DNA of 64,000 bases from Eledone cirrhosa. Its lineage: Eukaryota. The stretch spans positions 89,156,001 to 89,220,000 of the forward strand of contig OZ024742.1 in NCBI GenBank assembly GCA_964016885.1, read 5' to 3'. The notes beneath the pieces were generated by a model. That model ran no database searches and was not told where the DNA came from. It saw only the letters and a list, made by a program, of their open reading frames with translations. Below, piece after piece: positions 12,551 to 23,609 of the stretch. The position numbers were made by a program, and so were the translations under genes. Numbering within the stretch: the first letter of the stretch is position 1; each line of letters opens with the position of its first letter.

Positions 12551-12755
12551 TAACGAAGGAAATGTGGTAAGGAACCAGGTGGACCATAACGCACCAAAGT
12601 ACTCAATACTTGGGGTAGTAGAGTGGGTAATAGGAACCAGTAAGACCCCGACGGCTGAGCTCAAGCCGTTTCGACGGCTAATTCTGGACTAAATGAAAAT
12701 TTATCCTGGTATTTAAATAGCCGATCTTCTCAAGAGGTAATTCCATATATAGTCA
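12551..12755 (-). mobile_element. Solo copy of the family A PLE terminal repeat, in (TA)n next to the Helitron end
   Basis: Reverse complement of ~4940-5142. Confidence 0.85.
12645..12738 (-). ncRNA. Type I hammerhead-like motif, family A copy 3 (core UUGAGAA, U3-A8)
   Basis: ACCTC TTGAGAA GATCGGCTA..TAGCCGTC GAAA CGGCT-TGAGCTC-AGCCG TC GGGGT; perfect stem III. Confidence 0.65.
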
Positions 12756-13304
12756 AGGGGATTTTTCTTGTGTTAGCGTCCCGGATTTGTTGGCGGTGGA
12801 TGGTCATTCTTTTGCGTAATGAGGTGCCCGTCTGTCCTATGACAAGAAAAATCCCCTTGAGCAGCCATATTGCGAACTGCGCAGGAATGACACTACCCAA
12901 CTTTAAAATCTTCCCCTTCTACAAGTGCTCAGATTCGTTCACACAGCAACAAAGAATAAACAAAGAAAATCTATTCCTTAACAAATTTAAACCAAAACTA
13001 AACGGGTTATCACCCCAATAGAATTGTCATAAAATATAAACACACATACGCACGGAATCACTACTATTAAAGACCAGAGACCAATTCTGTAGAATCAGGT
13101 TTATTCGTTGACAGACCATGCCTTTGTGTGACCAACACATCCATGTTAAACCCTGCACGTGCACACACATATATCTATATATATATGCGCACACAGAATT
13201 CACCACTGTCGGTTGCGGGGCCCAATCTACATGAAGAACTCAATGCGATCAGAATGACTTGTATTTTAATTTCACTGTCCCAACTTCTTATATTATGGAA
13301 AAAA

Positions 13305-13609
13305 TATATGTGTCTGTATGTATATATATATATATATTCGGAGGCCATTTCTCTGTGTCTGGGTGTATGTATGTGTATATGTGTGTGTGTGTGTATATGT
13401 GTGTGCATGTGGATGTATGTATTGTGTGTGCGTGTGTGTGTGTATGTATGTGTGTATCTGGATGTATGCGTATGTGTATATATATATATATATATATGCG
13501 TGTGTGTGTGTGTGTGTGTGTATATATGTGTGTGTATGTGTTTATATGTGTGTATGTTTGTATGTGTGTATGTATATATATATATGTGTGTGTGTGTGTG
13601 TATGTGTGG

Positions 13610-13659
<50 letters not shown>

Positions 13660-13742
13660 ATATATATATGTGTGTGTGTGTGTGTGTATGTATGTGTGTA
13701 TCTGGATGTATGTGTATGTATATATATGTGTGTGTGTGTGGG

Positions 13743-13775
<33 letters not shown>

Positions 13776-13930
13776 ATGTGTATATATGTGTGTGTATGTA
13801 TGTGTGTATGTATATGTATGTGTGTGTGTATGTATGTGTGTATATGTATATATATATATATATATATATGTATATGTATATGTATATGTATGTATGTGTG
13901 GATGAAGGTATGTGTGTATATATGGGTGTA
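13305..13930. repeat. Degenerate (TG)/(TA) compound microsatellite
   Basis: Directly visible; the long CVYI-type ORFs here are artefacts of the repeat. Confidence 0.95.
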
Positions 13931-14240
13931 AGTGCACTAAATCCCTTTCTATCACGCTCCACTCTCCTACCCACCACAGGAAGATATGTGTATGTATATT
14001 GCTTCCACCCCCTCACTGACCAGCAGCTGGCCAGTTGACGATTGCTAAATCTGACCTTTATAAAATAACCCACACCCCAAATAACTTCTCATTCACTACC
14101 AGAAAGGGACACAGCAGTCAACCTGTTGTTGCTACCTAGATGAAAACTGCTATGAAATCCCACAATGAATTTTATACTTGAATTTTCAAATCTCAAATTT
14201 TAACTCTTCGTATTATTAATTTTTCTTAATATTAATCAAC

Positions 14241-14283
14241 ATTTGAAAAGATGGCTTTTGCAGACCCATCGAAACCGGTCATT
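14241..14283 (+). ncRNA. Minimal type I hammerhead-like motif (core UUGAAAA, U3-A8)
   Basis: TTGAAAA GATGG-CTTTTGCAGAC-CCATC GAAA CCGG TC; palindromic stem III ACCGGT; stem I very short. Confidence 0.55.
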
Positions 14284-15322
14284 TTTTATACCCTTTATTA
14301 TTTCCTTACCTTATAAAATTATGTTTTTTCACAAAAAAGTATTCTGTCTCTTATATATTCCATGTGCCATTACCAACCTCAATTTTCTCTCTCTATATAT
14401 ATATATATACTACTGACACGATTTTAATCTATTATTTATTATCAGTTCTTTTTCCTGTTTCACTCTATGTATTTTTTAAAGTTTAGTTTGAAATAATAAC
14501 TGTTCCTATGTTCCTTGATTTTTCTGTCTACAGAATTTTATTCATAAGGCATTGATCCAAACTGACCCACGGTAAATATGTCGAATGCAGAATCCAGTGG
14601 TCACAAATTGAACGTTTGTATACCCACAGTATGTCCATGCGTAGAGTTATACCACCCTGGATCAAATATTACGTATTGGGCTGGCTATTTTTGAACAAAA
14701 GTTGACACATCTATGAATGTATCTTTTATAACTTTACGCGAATTAATGGTTAGAGAGCGATCATTATTTCACACGAAATGTCTGTATGATCGTACTTAAA
14801 CTTTAAATCGAAATGGAAGTATTTCACAATTGTATAGAAAACAGTGGGCATTAAATTTAAGCGGCTATTGAACATAAATCTTGCCGTATATAACCTGTTT
14901 ATTCGGTACTTCTTTGTTCTCACGTCATTGTGTGCTATAACCAGAAAATTAGTCACACCTTGTTAGATTATATGGTACCTTTTAAGTCAAAGTTCGAAAT
15001 AATAGGAAAGCTGGAATTAAAAAAAAAAAAAAGACATCTAACCAGCGTATTATATCAATATTTGTCCTGTGTAAGCTGAAAGGATTCCAGACAGACATTG
15101 TTATATATAATATATTCAGCACGAGTAAAATAACAGTAAGTATGGTTAGTGTTAGTTACATGACATCTTAAGAAAAATATCTAACCTACTTTCAGTGGTT
15201 TCAATACAAACACAGTTTGCGTCTTTGTTCGTATCCTCAGTGACACGCGGATTACTACTGCAATGGAGACAAGGCATATGAGCTAGAGAGAAAGAATATA
15301 CGTGAACACTCTATCTGCGAGA

Positions 15323-15501
15323 AATAATTGTTTCTACTTTTGGCACAAGCCAGCAATTCACCAGTGTATTACTGGTACTTTATTTTATCGACCCCGTAAG
15401 GATGAAAGGCAAAGTTAACCTCGGCGGGATTTGAACTCAGACCGTAAAGGGACGTAACTCTATGCTTCAAAGCATGGTGTTCGACTCTCTACCGATACTG
15501 C
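15323..15501 (-). mobile_element. tRNA-derived SINE with 11-bp flanking direct repeat, inserted at the tail of an older SINE (~15505-15660)
   Basis: Same family as 5562-5747. CGAGAAATAAT at 15318-15328 and 15502-15512. Confidence 0.85.
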
Positions 15502-16158
15502 CGAGAAATAATGATTTCTGATTTAGGCTCAATACCAACAATGTGTGTGGAGGGGAAATTAAATCAAAACCAGTGTTACTGGTACTGTATTTTATTGACC
15601 CATAAGGATGAACGCCAAAGCTAACTTCGGTGGAATTGGGCCGTAACTCTCTGACGCATTGTGAATTTGGTGTGTTAAACATTTAGCTAATTGAGTTATG
15701 AGATTATTTCTTGGCAATCTCATTAATGTATTTGGGAATCAAATAGGTCCAACGTTTCTTTCTGGAATTTGGCAGAAATTTCCTTTCAAATTATACTCTT
15801 TTTCATTTGTCTAATTATTAGAAATAATTAAACAAACTAGAATACTTAGTAATATGGTATCTCAATCAAGTTTCATCTATATACTTTTAAAAAGGAGGTT
15901 TGTTTGAAAGTTGACCGCTGATAACACTAAATAAAATTGATAGAAATTAAGGTTTTTCGCGTGTTTTCAACTAATCTAATCTCCAAGTTCAATGTCGACT
16001 TAGTTTCCGAAAACGGCATTGAAGCGGTTTGGAGGAGAATTTACTGCTCTTTCTAGCACCCAGGTACTGTCTATGCTATCTATATATAGATAGTAAAATA
16101 CTACTCCAGCGTTCACTCACTCCACCTCCTCCTCTCTCTAACTAACTAAAACGAAATG

Positions 16159-16219
<61 letters not shown>

Positions 16220-16489
16220 ACGTATGTGTTTCTGTATGTCCACCAATGCAACAAAAACTTTAAAAAATATTTCACCATAACGACAGATGATTGTTGTATT
16301 GTTGTTAATCTGAATCACTCGCCAACGACTTCGTTTTCCGAAAATTGAAGTGGGGAGGGTGTGGAGCGTTGCGTTACTGATATGCACCTCTCAGCCTTTT
16401 AAATTTATAGAAAAACACCCGCTTAGGACCACGAAGAATGTTTTTTCCTAAGGATTTTAGTTTTCAATTAATGTGACCTCAATCATGCA

Positions 16490-19190
16490 TGCATTACCTT
16501 CCCCAACACCCTACCCCGAAAACAGAATGGAGGCGAGGGGCAACATATAAAATATGTAAAATAAACCCCACCAACTATGGGGATCGAATCACCGGTCCTT
16601 CACAAGACCCCAGTAGGTAAGTAAACCTTTCCTCTCTCTTTTAGCCTTCCAGCATGGCCATATTAAGAATAGGAGGTTTAAATGTTCGTGGCCTGGGGTC
16701 ACCCTGGAAACAGGATTACCTGCTCAATTACCTCAGGTCTCTAGAGATGGATGTAATTGCCGTAAGCGAGAGCAGGATTTCCGACTCGCATGTACTAGCC
16801 CTAATTTTCGACGGCTATCAGATCTTCGCATCTCTTACTCGGATGTGAATGGGAAGTGGGGTGGCAGTGTTGTTTAGGAAAGGCCTGGATCTCGAGGTAA
16901 AGTCGATCTGCCGGGACTCGGACGGTATGCTGGTGGTCCTGGATGTGAACAATAGCGAAGCTGGTGCCTTTAGAGTGGTGGACGTCTACGCCCCTACCGG
17001 GGCCGGCCGGACTTCTTTAGGTGCCTGAAAGCCTTTCTGGGTGCATCTCGCCCTTTATTGTTAACTGGCAACTGGAACGGCATCTTAGATGCACGCTTGG
17101 ATTGTGTGGGTGTATCTGATTGGAGCTGGTGGTGCAAAAGCCTCAAGTACCTGATCAGCCAGTTCCAACTGTCTGACAGATACCGACTATATTTCCCTAA
17201 TGCGCCAGTGTGGACCTGTACCAACTGTATAGGGTCATCTAGATCGTATATAGATAGAATTTTCATTAGGTAAATAGATAGAAATAGTGTAGGCTGTCCA
17301 CAATTTAAAATGATCGACTATTCAGATCACATGTTTGGGATCTGAATGGTCGATATAGATGAGACGTGTAGGTTAGGACCTGGTTACTGGAAGCTGAACG
17401 TCGTTTCCGGCACGTAAGGCTTACAGGACCGGGTCAACAATTTAGTTAATCAAAAGTTGACAGAGGGTGTCGTCAACATCAGGTGATGGGGGCTCTCAGA
17501 AGAAAGATTAAAGTAATTTCGATAGGGTTTAACAAAGAAGTAGCGTTAGAGAAAAATAAAAAGGCCGGGGGACTAGTAGCTATGTTAGACAAAGCTACTT
17601 GTAGTGGCATTGCAACTGACATGCTAGCGGCGAGAAGTTAATGCCAATTTCCCGGAACCATTTAAGATCTCCCGATCGGTCTGTCATGCCCTCTCTCCTC
17701 CCTTCTTTACTTATTAACTCTCGACCCTTTACTGCAGAAGCTGATGCTGTTTCAGGGCATCCTACTCGAACCGGGTAGCGGGAGGGTTGTGTCGGCTTAT
17801 GCGGACGATATCACCGTGATGGTGTCGAACAGCTCGGAAATATAGGTGGTCAGCACCTTATTGGAGCAATATCAAACTTAACCTGGAAAGGTCGGTGGAC
17901 TTGCAAGTCGGCACCTGCAGAGGCAAGTCGATGATGCTCTCCAACAGCGTTGTCGCGCGCTGGACGGACGGACCGCTAAAGTTGCTCAGGGTTTGGTTTG
18001 GACCAGACCTCGAGGTGGATAAGAATTGGGACGACGTGACGATCAGGGTAGCTAGTCTCACCCAGAAATTGGCTGCGAGGAAGCTGTCAATGAAAAGACG
18101 GGCAGAGGTCGCGAATGCGTACATCGCATCCGGCATCTACTACCGCATGATCGTCATGCTTACCCCCGTCCGTGCCTTCCTCGCCAAGTTGGAACGGCTC
18201 TTCTTCTACTTCTTGTGGAGGGGACAGATTTCGTAGGTGAGGCAGTTCATCTGCTGCCAGCACGCTCTACGCGGAGGGCTTGGCATTCTATGGATAATTA
18301 TGCGCAGATATGCGCTGAGGCTGCGGCATCTTCAGATATTGTGCCTAAACGCTGAACAAGTGTGGTCACTGTTTATCAGATGGACCTTTCTGGAGCTCGT
18401 CTCTTTGACTGACTTGCAGTCCGGGGTCAAGAAGAGACCGAGACTGAGTGACTGGCATCTGGAATATTGCCAGGCACTCACTGCCCTCTACCTGGCAGGC
18501 AATGCGGTCAGTGGAACTTCGGAGAGGCTCTGTGTGCCGACGAAGTCGAACTGACCAGTCTTTTCTGGGGGACTTTCGAGCCGGGGACGTTGGATAACTT
18601 TCAAATATCCCTTACTGGGAAATACTACCGGGATCACTGCTGGTTTGAGATAAACTCTACAGGTACGAAGTTGCTGTTGGATGGACCTGCCCGAGCTGTG
18701 CGCAGAGTGATGAAACCATTCTGCACGCACTCGTCCAGTGTCCGTGCATTACTGACTTGTTGAGTTATGCCGAACATATGTTGTTGCGTATAGAACGGAT
18801 CCTGTTATCAGCCGGGTCCATAGGGAAGATCGACCCGCCGCCTTTATTTGGCCAGAAAGGGCAGGCAATTTTCCTTTGTCTGGTGGAAGTAGCGAAAGGG
18901 TTGTATGGTGGACTAGGTTGAAAGGACTAAAGACGGAGACTTTTCTCTTCGGCCAATCCCTCATCAACTTTCTTGAAAGGAAGGTGAGGGTGTAGAGAAA
19001 AGTGCTTCCCTCTAATACATTTGCTGAAAGGTAGGTGAATGTGACGAGAATGGCACGTGAGAGTGGACCTACTCTGATCATGCACCTGTAGGCTAGTAAA
19101 TTTTAGGGGGAGCGGGTTACCCTTCCCTGTCTATTGTGTTGTCCCCTATGTGTCGGCTATTGAGGCCTTGTGGTCAGGGATCCTGACTAT
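16490..19190 (+). mobile_element. Tx1-clade LINE, decayed copy with a large internal deletion near 17637
   Basis: LNVRGLGSPWKQ, GNWNGILD, SYIDRIF, YSDH, GPGYWKLN, SAYADDIT, GPLKLLRVWFGP, CPSC..ETILHALVQC. Collinear with ORF2 at 27960-31390. Confidence 0.88.
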
Positions 19191-19199
19191 TTTAATATT

Positions 19200-19285
19200 A
19201 ACAACTCTACTACCCTAAGTATTGAGTACTCTGGTGCGTTATGCTCCACCTGGTATCTTACCACACCCTCTTTGTTCTTTGTTAT
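19200..19285 (+). repeat. Short remnant of the family A PLE 3' terminus followed by (TA)n
   Basis: Matches 5070-5142 (CTCTACTACCCTAAGTATTGAGT..GGTGCGTTATG..CCACCTGGT). Confidence 0.75.
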
Positions 19286-19299
19286 ATATATATAGTAAT

Positions 19300-20400
19300 A
19301 ATAATAATATTTATACTTATATATGAGTTATATATAATTATAAATATGGAGGTTAGTAGTAAGCACTAGCCAATAACCAGTAAGAGAAAAGGCTCAATGT
19401 AAATTATCAAATGTATTACAGAGCCGAGATACAAAATATAAAACAATCACATTTTAATTTAATACATTTAACTGCTGACAATTGTTTCTTCCAGACAAAT
19501 GTCTGAAATCATCGGAGCATACACAATGTTTAAACAGGTAATTATAATCCTAGTCTTCAGAACATTGATAAAGATACATAACTGTTGACAGTGTCAGTGA
19601 CATCATATAGAAAAGCAGGAGTTACAAAAAGGAGCAATGGTGAAAAGTGAAATATTGAGCATATTATATATAAAGATATTCTTTAAGGTAATACATGTGC
19701 AAAAGATACCAAGCAAAACAGGTGTTAGAGAAGATAGATAAAAGATATCATAGCATTGAAAAGCAGGTAATATTAAGGGTATATAATGCAAAAATTAATA
19801 AAGGCATGCATGAGGTAAGAGTTATAAAATAAATAAATCAAGCATATTTCATACAGAATGTTAAAGCATGTTAAAAGTGTTACAAATGTTAAAAATGTTA
19901 AAAATATATATTCATTTTATTACGGCTAAATAATGAGTCTTGTTTCTCTGGAGATTCGCCTGTTTATCACTGGGTCATCAGACACGAACTAACATTTCAA
20001 TAACAGACGCAGTATAAATAAAGGAAGAATCGAGGTGGAGCTAGGGATTAAAATGATAAGGGATAATTAAATCAGTTAGTGAGCCTTCGGGGTTGGCATG
20101 GTTGCCGAGATATAATGTCTAGACGGGGTGGATGTGAGGTAGGTGTGTCTTCCGACATTTACACAATCCAGTACGCATCGTTATCTGGTGGTTAATCCGT
20201 GGGGTAATGGATTATCCGCTATATTGTTCAGTGAGTAGATATGTTTGAAGAGACACAAAAAAACTGTTTTTGTATGTAAGCAGGAGGACAGTGTTCCCTC
20301 CTAAGAGTTCAAGAGGTTAGTTGATGAGGCTAGGATGGTACATAAGCTTCACAATACTTGTGTTATATATCATATACCATACATTAAACTCGATAATTCC
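19300..20400 (-). mobile_element. Highly decayed Naiad-like PLE 3' end
   Basis: Minus strand ~20340-20260 reads roughly ILASSTNLLNS..SSCLHTK, resembling the LLNxRxELxSxCRH terminus of this GIY-YIG group. A hammerhead lies downstream on the same strand. Confidence 0.45.
19473..19519 (-). ncRNA. Minimal type I hammerhead motif with U4C change
   Basis: TGCT CCGATGA TTTCAGAC-ATTT-GTCTGGAA GAAA CAATTG TC AGCA; palindromic stem III ACAATTGT. Confidence 0.65.
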
Positions 20401-21829
20401 ATGACCTCTGCCATCATTATATTCTTCTTATCCTCACATTCTAGTTTGCTTCATATTTTATTATTTCATATTATATTATTATACGTCTTCATTTTATGAT
20501 TTATTAATTTTAAATTGTTTATTTAAAAAGAATTGTTTAATTTTTTAAAATATTTTTCTAGTTTTTCAGTTATTTTCTTCCATTTTGTGATTGTGTTATC
20601 TTTTCAACTTTTCATATTTCCAGTTTTCATTTCCCATTCTCCATTTTCCTTTTTTCCTTACTTCTTTTATTTATTACTTTCCTTATTGTGCCTAACACAC
20701 ATACTCCCCCCCCCCCACCACCACCACCGCCACTATCATATATAATTCAATAATATTTATATTCCCATTACCTTCATTGTAGTTATATATCCATAAGTTA
20801 TATTCATATAGCTTATATATTTCACATATTTACTTAGCATAAATACCACCCCGCCACCACTCAAACGGCTCGGCACAATAAAATCAAATTTTACAAGGTA
20901 TTAGATCCGGAATTAACAAGTAATTTTTATTTTCATATGGATTAAAAAGTATAACATTTTATCTAAAATAATCTACTATAGACTATAACGAAACGACATT
21001 TTATAACACGACGACGATGACGTCACATTTTGTATATGAGTGTATGTGTCTGTGGGTATGTGTGTGTTTGTGCGTTCGTTGCATACGTTAGGCCTTAGTA
21101 AGTTACATACACATACATCTTCACTGAAATATTTAATAAGATACACAGAGATTAGAATACACACATACATATACATATGTGTTGACTGACAAGTATATGT
21201 GTGTGAGTGTATGTGAGGTTGAATTTAAGAGGCTTCAGTTACCAGTCAAACTGCTTAAGTTATTTCAATTAATAAATCTCAAGTGCAATCCCTCAAGGTA
21301 GTTGGACTTGATGACATTACAACATGTTACAATATATATAAGCAGAATAAATGGAAGAGGAGGCAATACCTTCAAAAACAAAATGTACTTCTTACACGGT
21401 GTTTCATTTACTTAATATCAAAATAAAAGTTCGTACATATATGTGTGTGTACTCATGCGTATACATTGCTATGAGTGATATTTACATAGAACCCTCAGAG
21501 AAGAAACATTGATTATAATGATTTGCTGGAAGGTAGTCCAAATTATATGGCAGCGAAAGAAAATTGTCATTACTGGAATAAATATTCCTTTACAAGAGAG
21601 ACAAAGATACGTCTGAGTGCATCACTTAGAACGAAAATTTGAATTAGGTCTAATTTGTAAATTAAAAATTGCGGTTACAAAGGGGCATAATCATCTATGT
21701 GAAGTAACTATATATATATAGTTAGGTATACTAAAGCTTCGTCAATGCTGTACTAAAATTTATATATATATATATATATATATTATAAAATAACAGGAGG
21801 CTGGACTGGTGTAATTCCTTAAAGGTTTT

Positions 21830-21887
21830 ATACTATGATCATTTCAATGACCGGGTTCAGTATGAATCCGGTGACATCATCAGGTAT
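21830..21887 (-). ncRNA. Type I hammerhead ribozyme motif, canonical core
   Basis: ATAC CTGATGA TGTCACCGG-ATTCATACTGAAC-CCGGTCATT GAAA TGATCA TA GTAT; palindromic stem III ATGATCAT; AUA triplet. Confidence 0.75.
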
Positions 21888-22377
21888 TCGAAATATAACA
21901 AAGGAATATAATAGACAAAATCCATGGGGCTGAAAAGCAGACATGAAGGCGGCCGAACATTTAGCAGCTTCTAGCCCGGTCAGCCGCCCTCAAGTGATGA
22001 TTATTAAGTCTTCTTATATCCTTGTGGTGAAGGGGCGTAGGCTTATAGTGTACTACTACCACCCTGTCATAGGCAGAGGCCAGCGGTGAGATCAGGTTAC
22101 ATTGAAGCTGCTCAGGAGTGCTATACGATTAACAATTAGAAACGTTAAATTTATGTTTAGAGTTAAAAGATGCTATTTAACATGAAATTAGAAAAGTAAG
22201 ATTTAGGTTTAAAGTTAGGAGATTTAGTTAAAGAATTTACAGAAGGAGGGTTTTAAGAAAAAGTATAATTGTATTATAGATAGTCACGATAAAGTTTCAG
22301 GGTGGAACATAGAGTAAAGTTTAAGCCCATGCTTAGTGGACATTAACTATCGACGTTGCAGACCCCCGGCCAGCCCG

Positions 22378-22857
22378 GGGCCCAACGGCGTGTCAACCGT
22401 TCCGAGTATTTTCGTCTAGCGAAAGAAAGGGAAATTTATTTTTCCGAGCACTCCAGGAGTGTTAACTGTCTTAAGCGTCGGGTGTGCTAGCGGGAAGTTC
22501 ACCACCGTCAGCTGGCTATCGTATATGCCTAGCGATTATTAGTTATTCACACTATTCGGGGATTTAGTTGAGTGCTAGTAGAAGGAGGCATGATAAAGTT
22601 AAAAGTTATGATTAAGCCTAGAATTTAAAGGTACTGTTTGGCGGTCAATAACCGGTTGCACGATGGATTCTAAGTCTGACAGGGCCCCAGGGCGAAACAG
22701 CTGTTCCGAGTATTTTCGTTTACCGAAAGAAGGGGAAATTTAATTTTTCCAAGCACTCTAGGAAGGCTGATCGACCCGAGCGCCTGGCGTGTAGTCGGGA
22801 AAGCCGCCACATCAGTCGGATCATCTCGTGTACCAAACTATTATTAGTTATTCTCAC
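22378..22857. repeat. Two diverged ~175-bp direct repeats (~22378-22552 and ~22682-22857)
   Basis: Shared blocks GTTCCGAGTATTTTCGT..CGAAAGAA.GGGAAATTTA, TTTTTCC.AGCACTC.AGGA and ATTATTAGTTATTC.CAC. Confidence 0.75.
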
Positions 22858-23609
22858 CCGTGATGTGAAGTTTAAAAGTGGCAAAATCTGATGAAATGTG
22901 TCAATAGACTATAAATAGTCCCCAGTTAGTCCGGGTTATATGTAGTGTGAATCTTGAGTGGGTAGGGGGAGTGAATAAAGATAAACAGATATGAAGGGTA
23001 CAGAGAGTAATATTCTAGGGTCGTGTGCTAATGAGTACAAGGATAAGTATATAAGGAGAGTAAAGCGAATAAATAAAAACATAAATAGCAACATAAGTAA
23101 AATGCATAAATAAAATGGTCATACCTAGGGTGGTAATTGAGGGAGTAAAATGGAAGTATATAAAAACATATCGAAGAAATCAAAATACAGAAGAAATAAA
23201 ATACAGATCAAGGTGCAGTAAATAGACAATGGATAGCACGATTGGAGAATACAAGGTTATACATAGAGATATAGAGGATGGAAGAGTTGGAGAGGTATCA
23301 GGTGATATCTAGTATAGGTTCGAGTCTTAATTTTCAATTCGAATCCCAAGAGCCCTGAAATATAGGATAGAGAATTCAGTCAATACATTACAGGATATAG
23401 TAGAATATGTTGATTTTTTGAAGAATCTATGAGGTATGACGGAGTCTGAGTATTCACGACAGGGAAGCAGCAATGCATGGTCCGGGTGGGCGGTAGACAT
23501 AACTTAATGCATCCAAAATCATTAAGCTATGTATACCGCCCACCAAGGTTGACTATGCAGGTGACTATTTGTAGTCTGAATAGGCAACCATGTACATGTG
23601 TGGACAGCT

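Larger units (their letters stand above)
12756..14290 (+). mobile_element. PLE 3' fragment: GIY-YIG C-terminus with a 5' inversion, GT/TA-rich 3' region and terminal hammerhead
   Basis: Minus strand 12756-12840 reads IGQTGTSLRKRMTIHRQQIRD. Plus strand 12842-13021 reads TRKIPLSSHIANC..FKIFPFYKC..RINKENLFLNKFKPKLN. Confidence 0.7.

Noticed and set aside
13128-14073. Long ORFs of 195-267 aa
   Set aside because: Translations of TG/TA microsatellite; the same applies to the YI, ER, LS and HT ORFs elsewhere.
16079-16480. Non-autonomous Helitron 5' end (TCTATATATAGATAGTAAAA)
   Set aside because: Only a generic resemblance; no matching hairpin-CTAG end nearby.
19930-19985. CUGAUGA...GAAA on the minus strand as a hammerhead
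   Set aside because: Stems I, II and III could not be paired convincingly.
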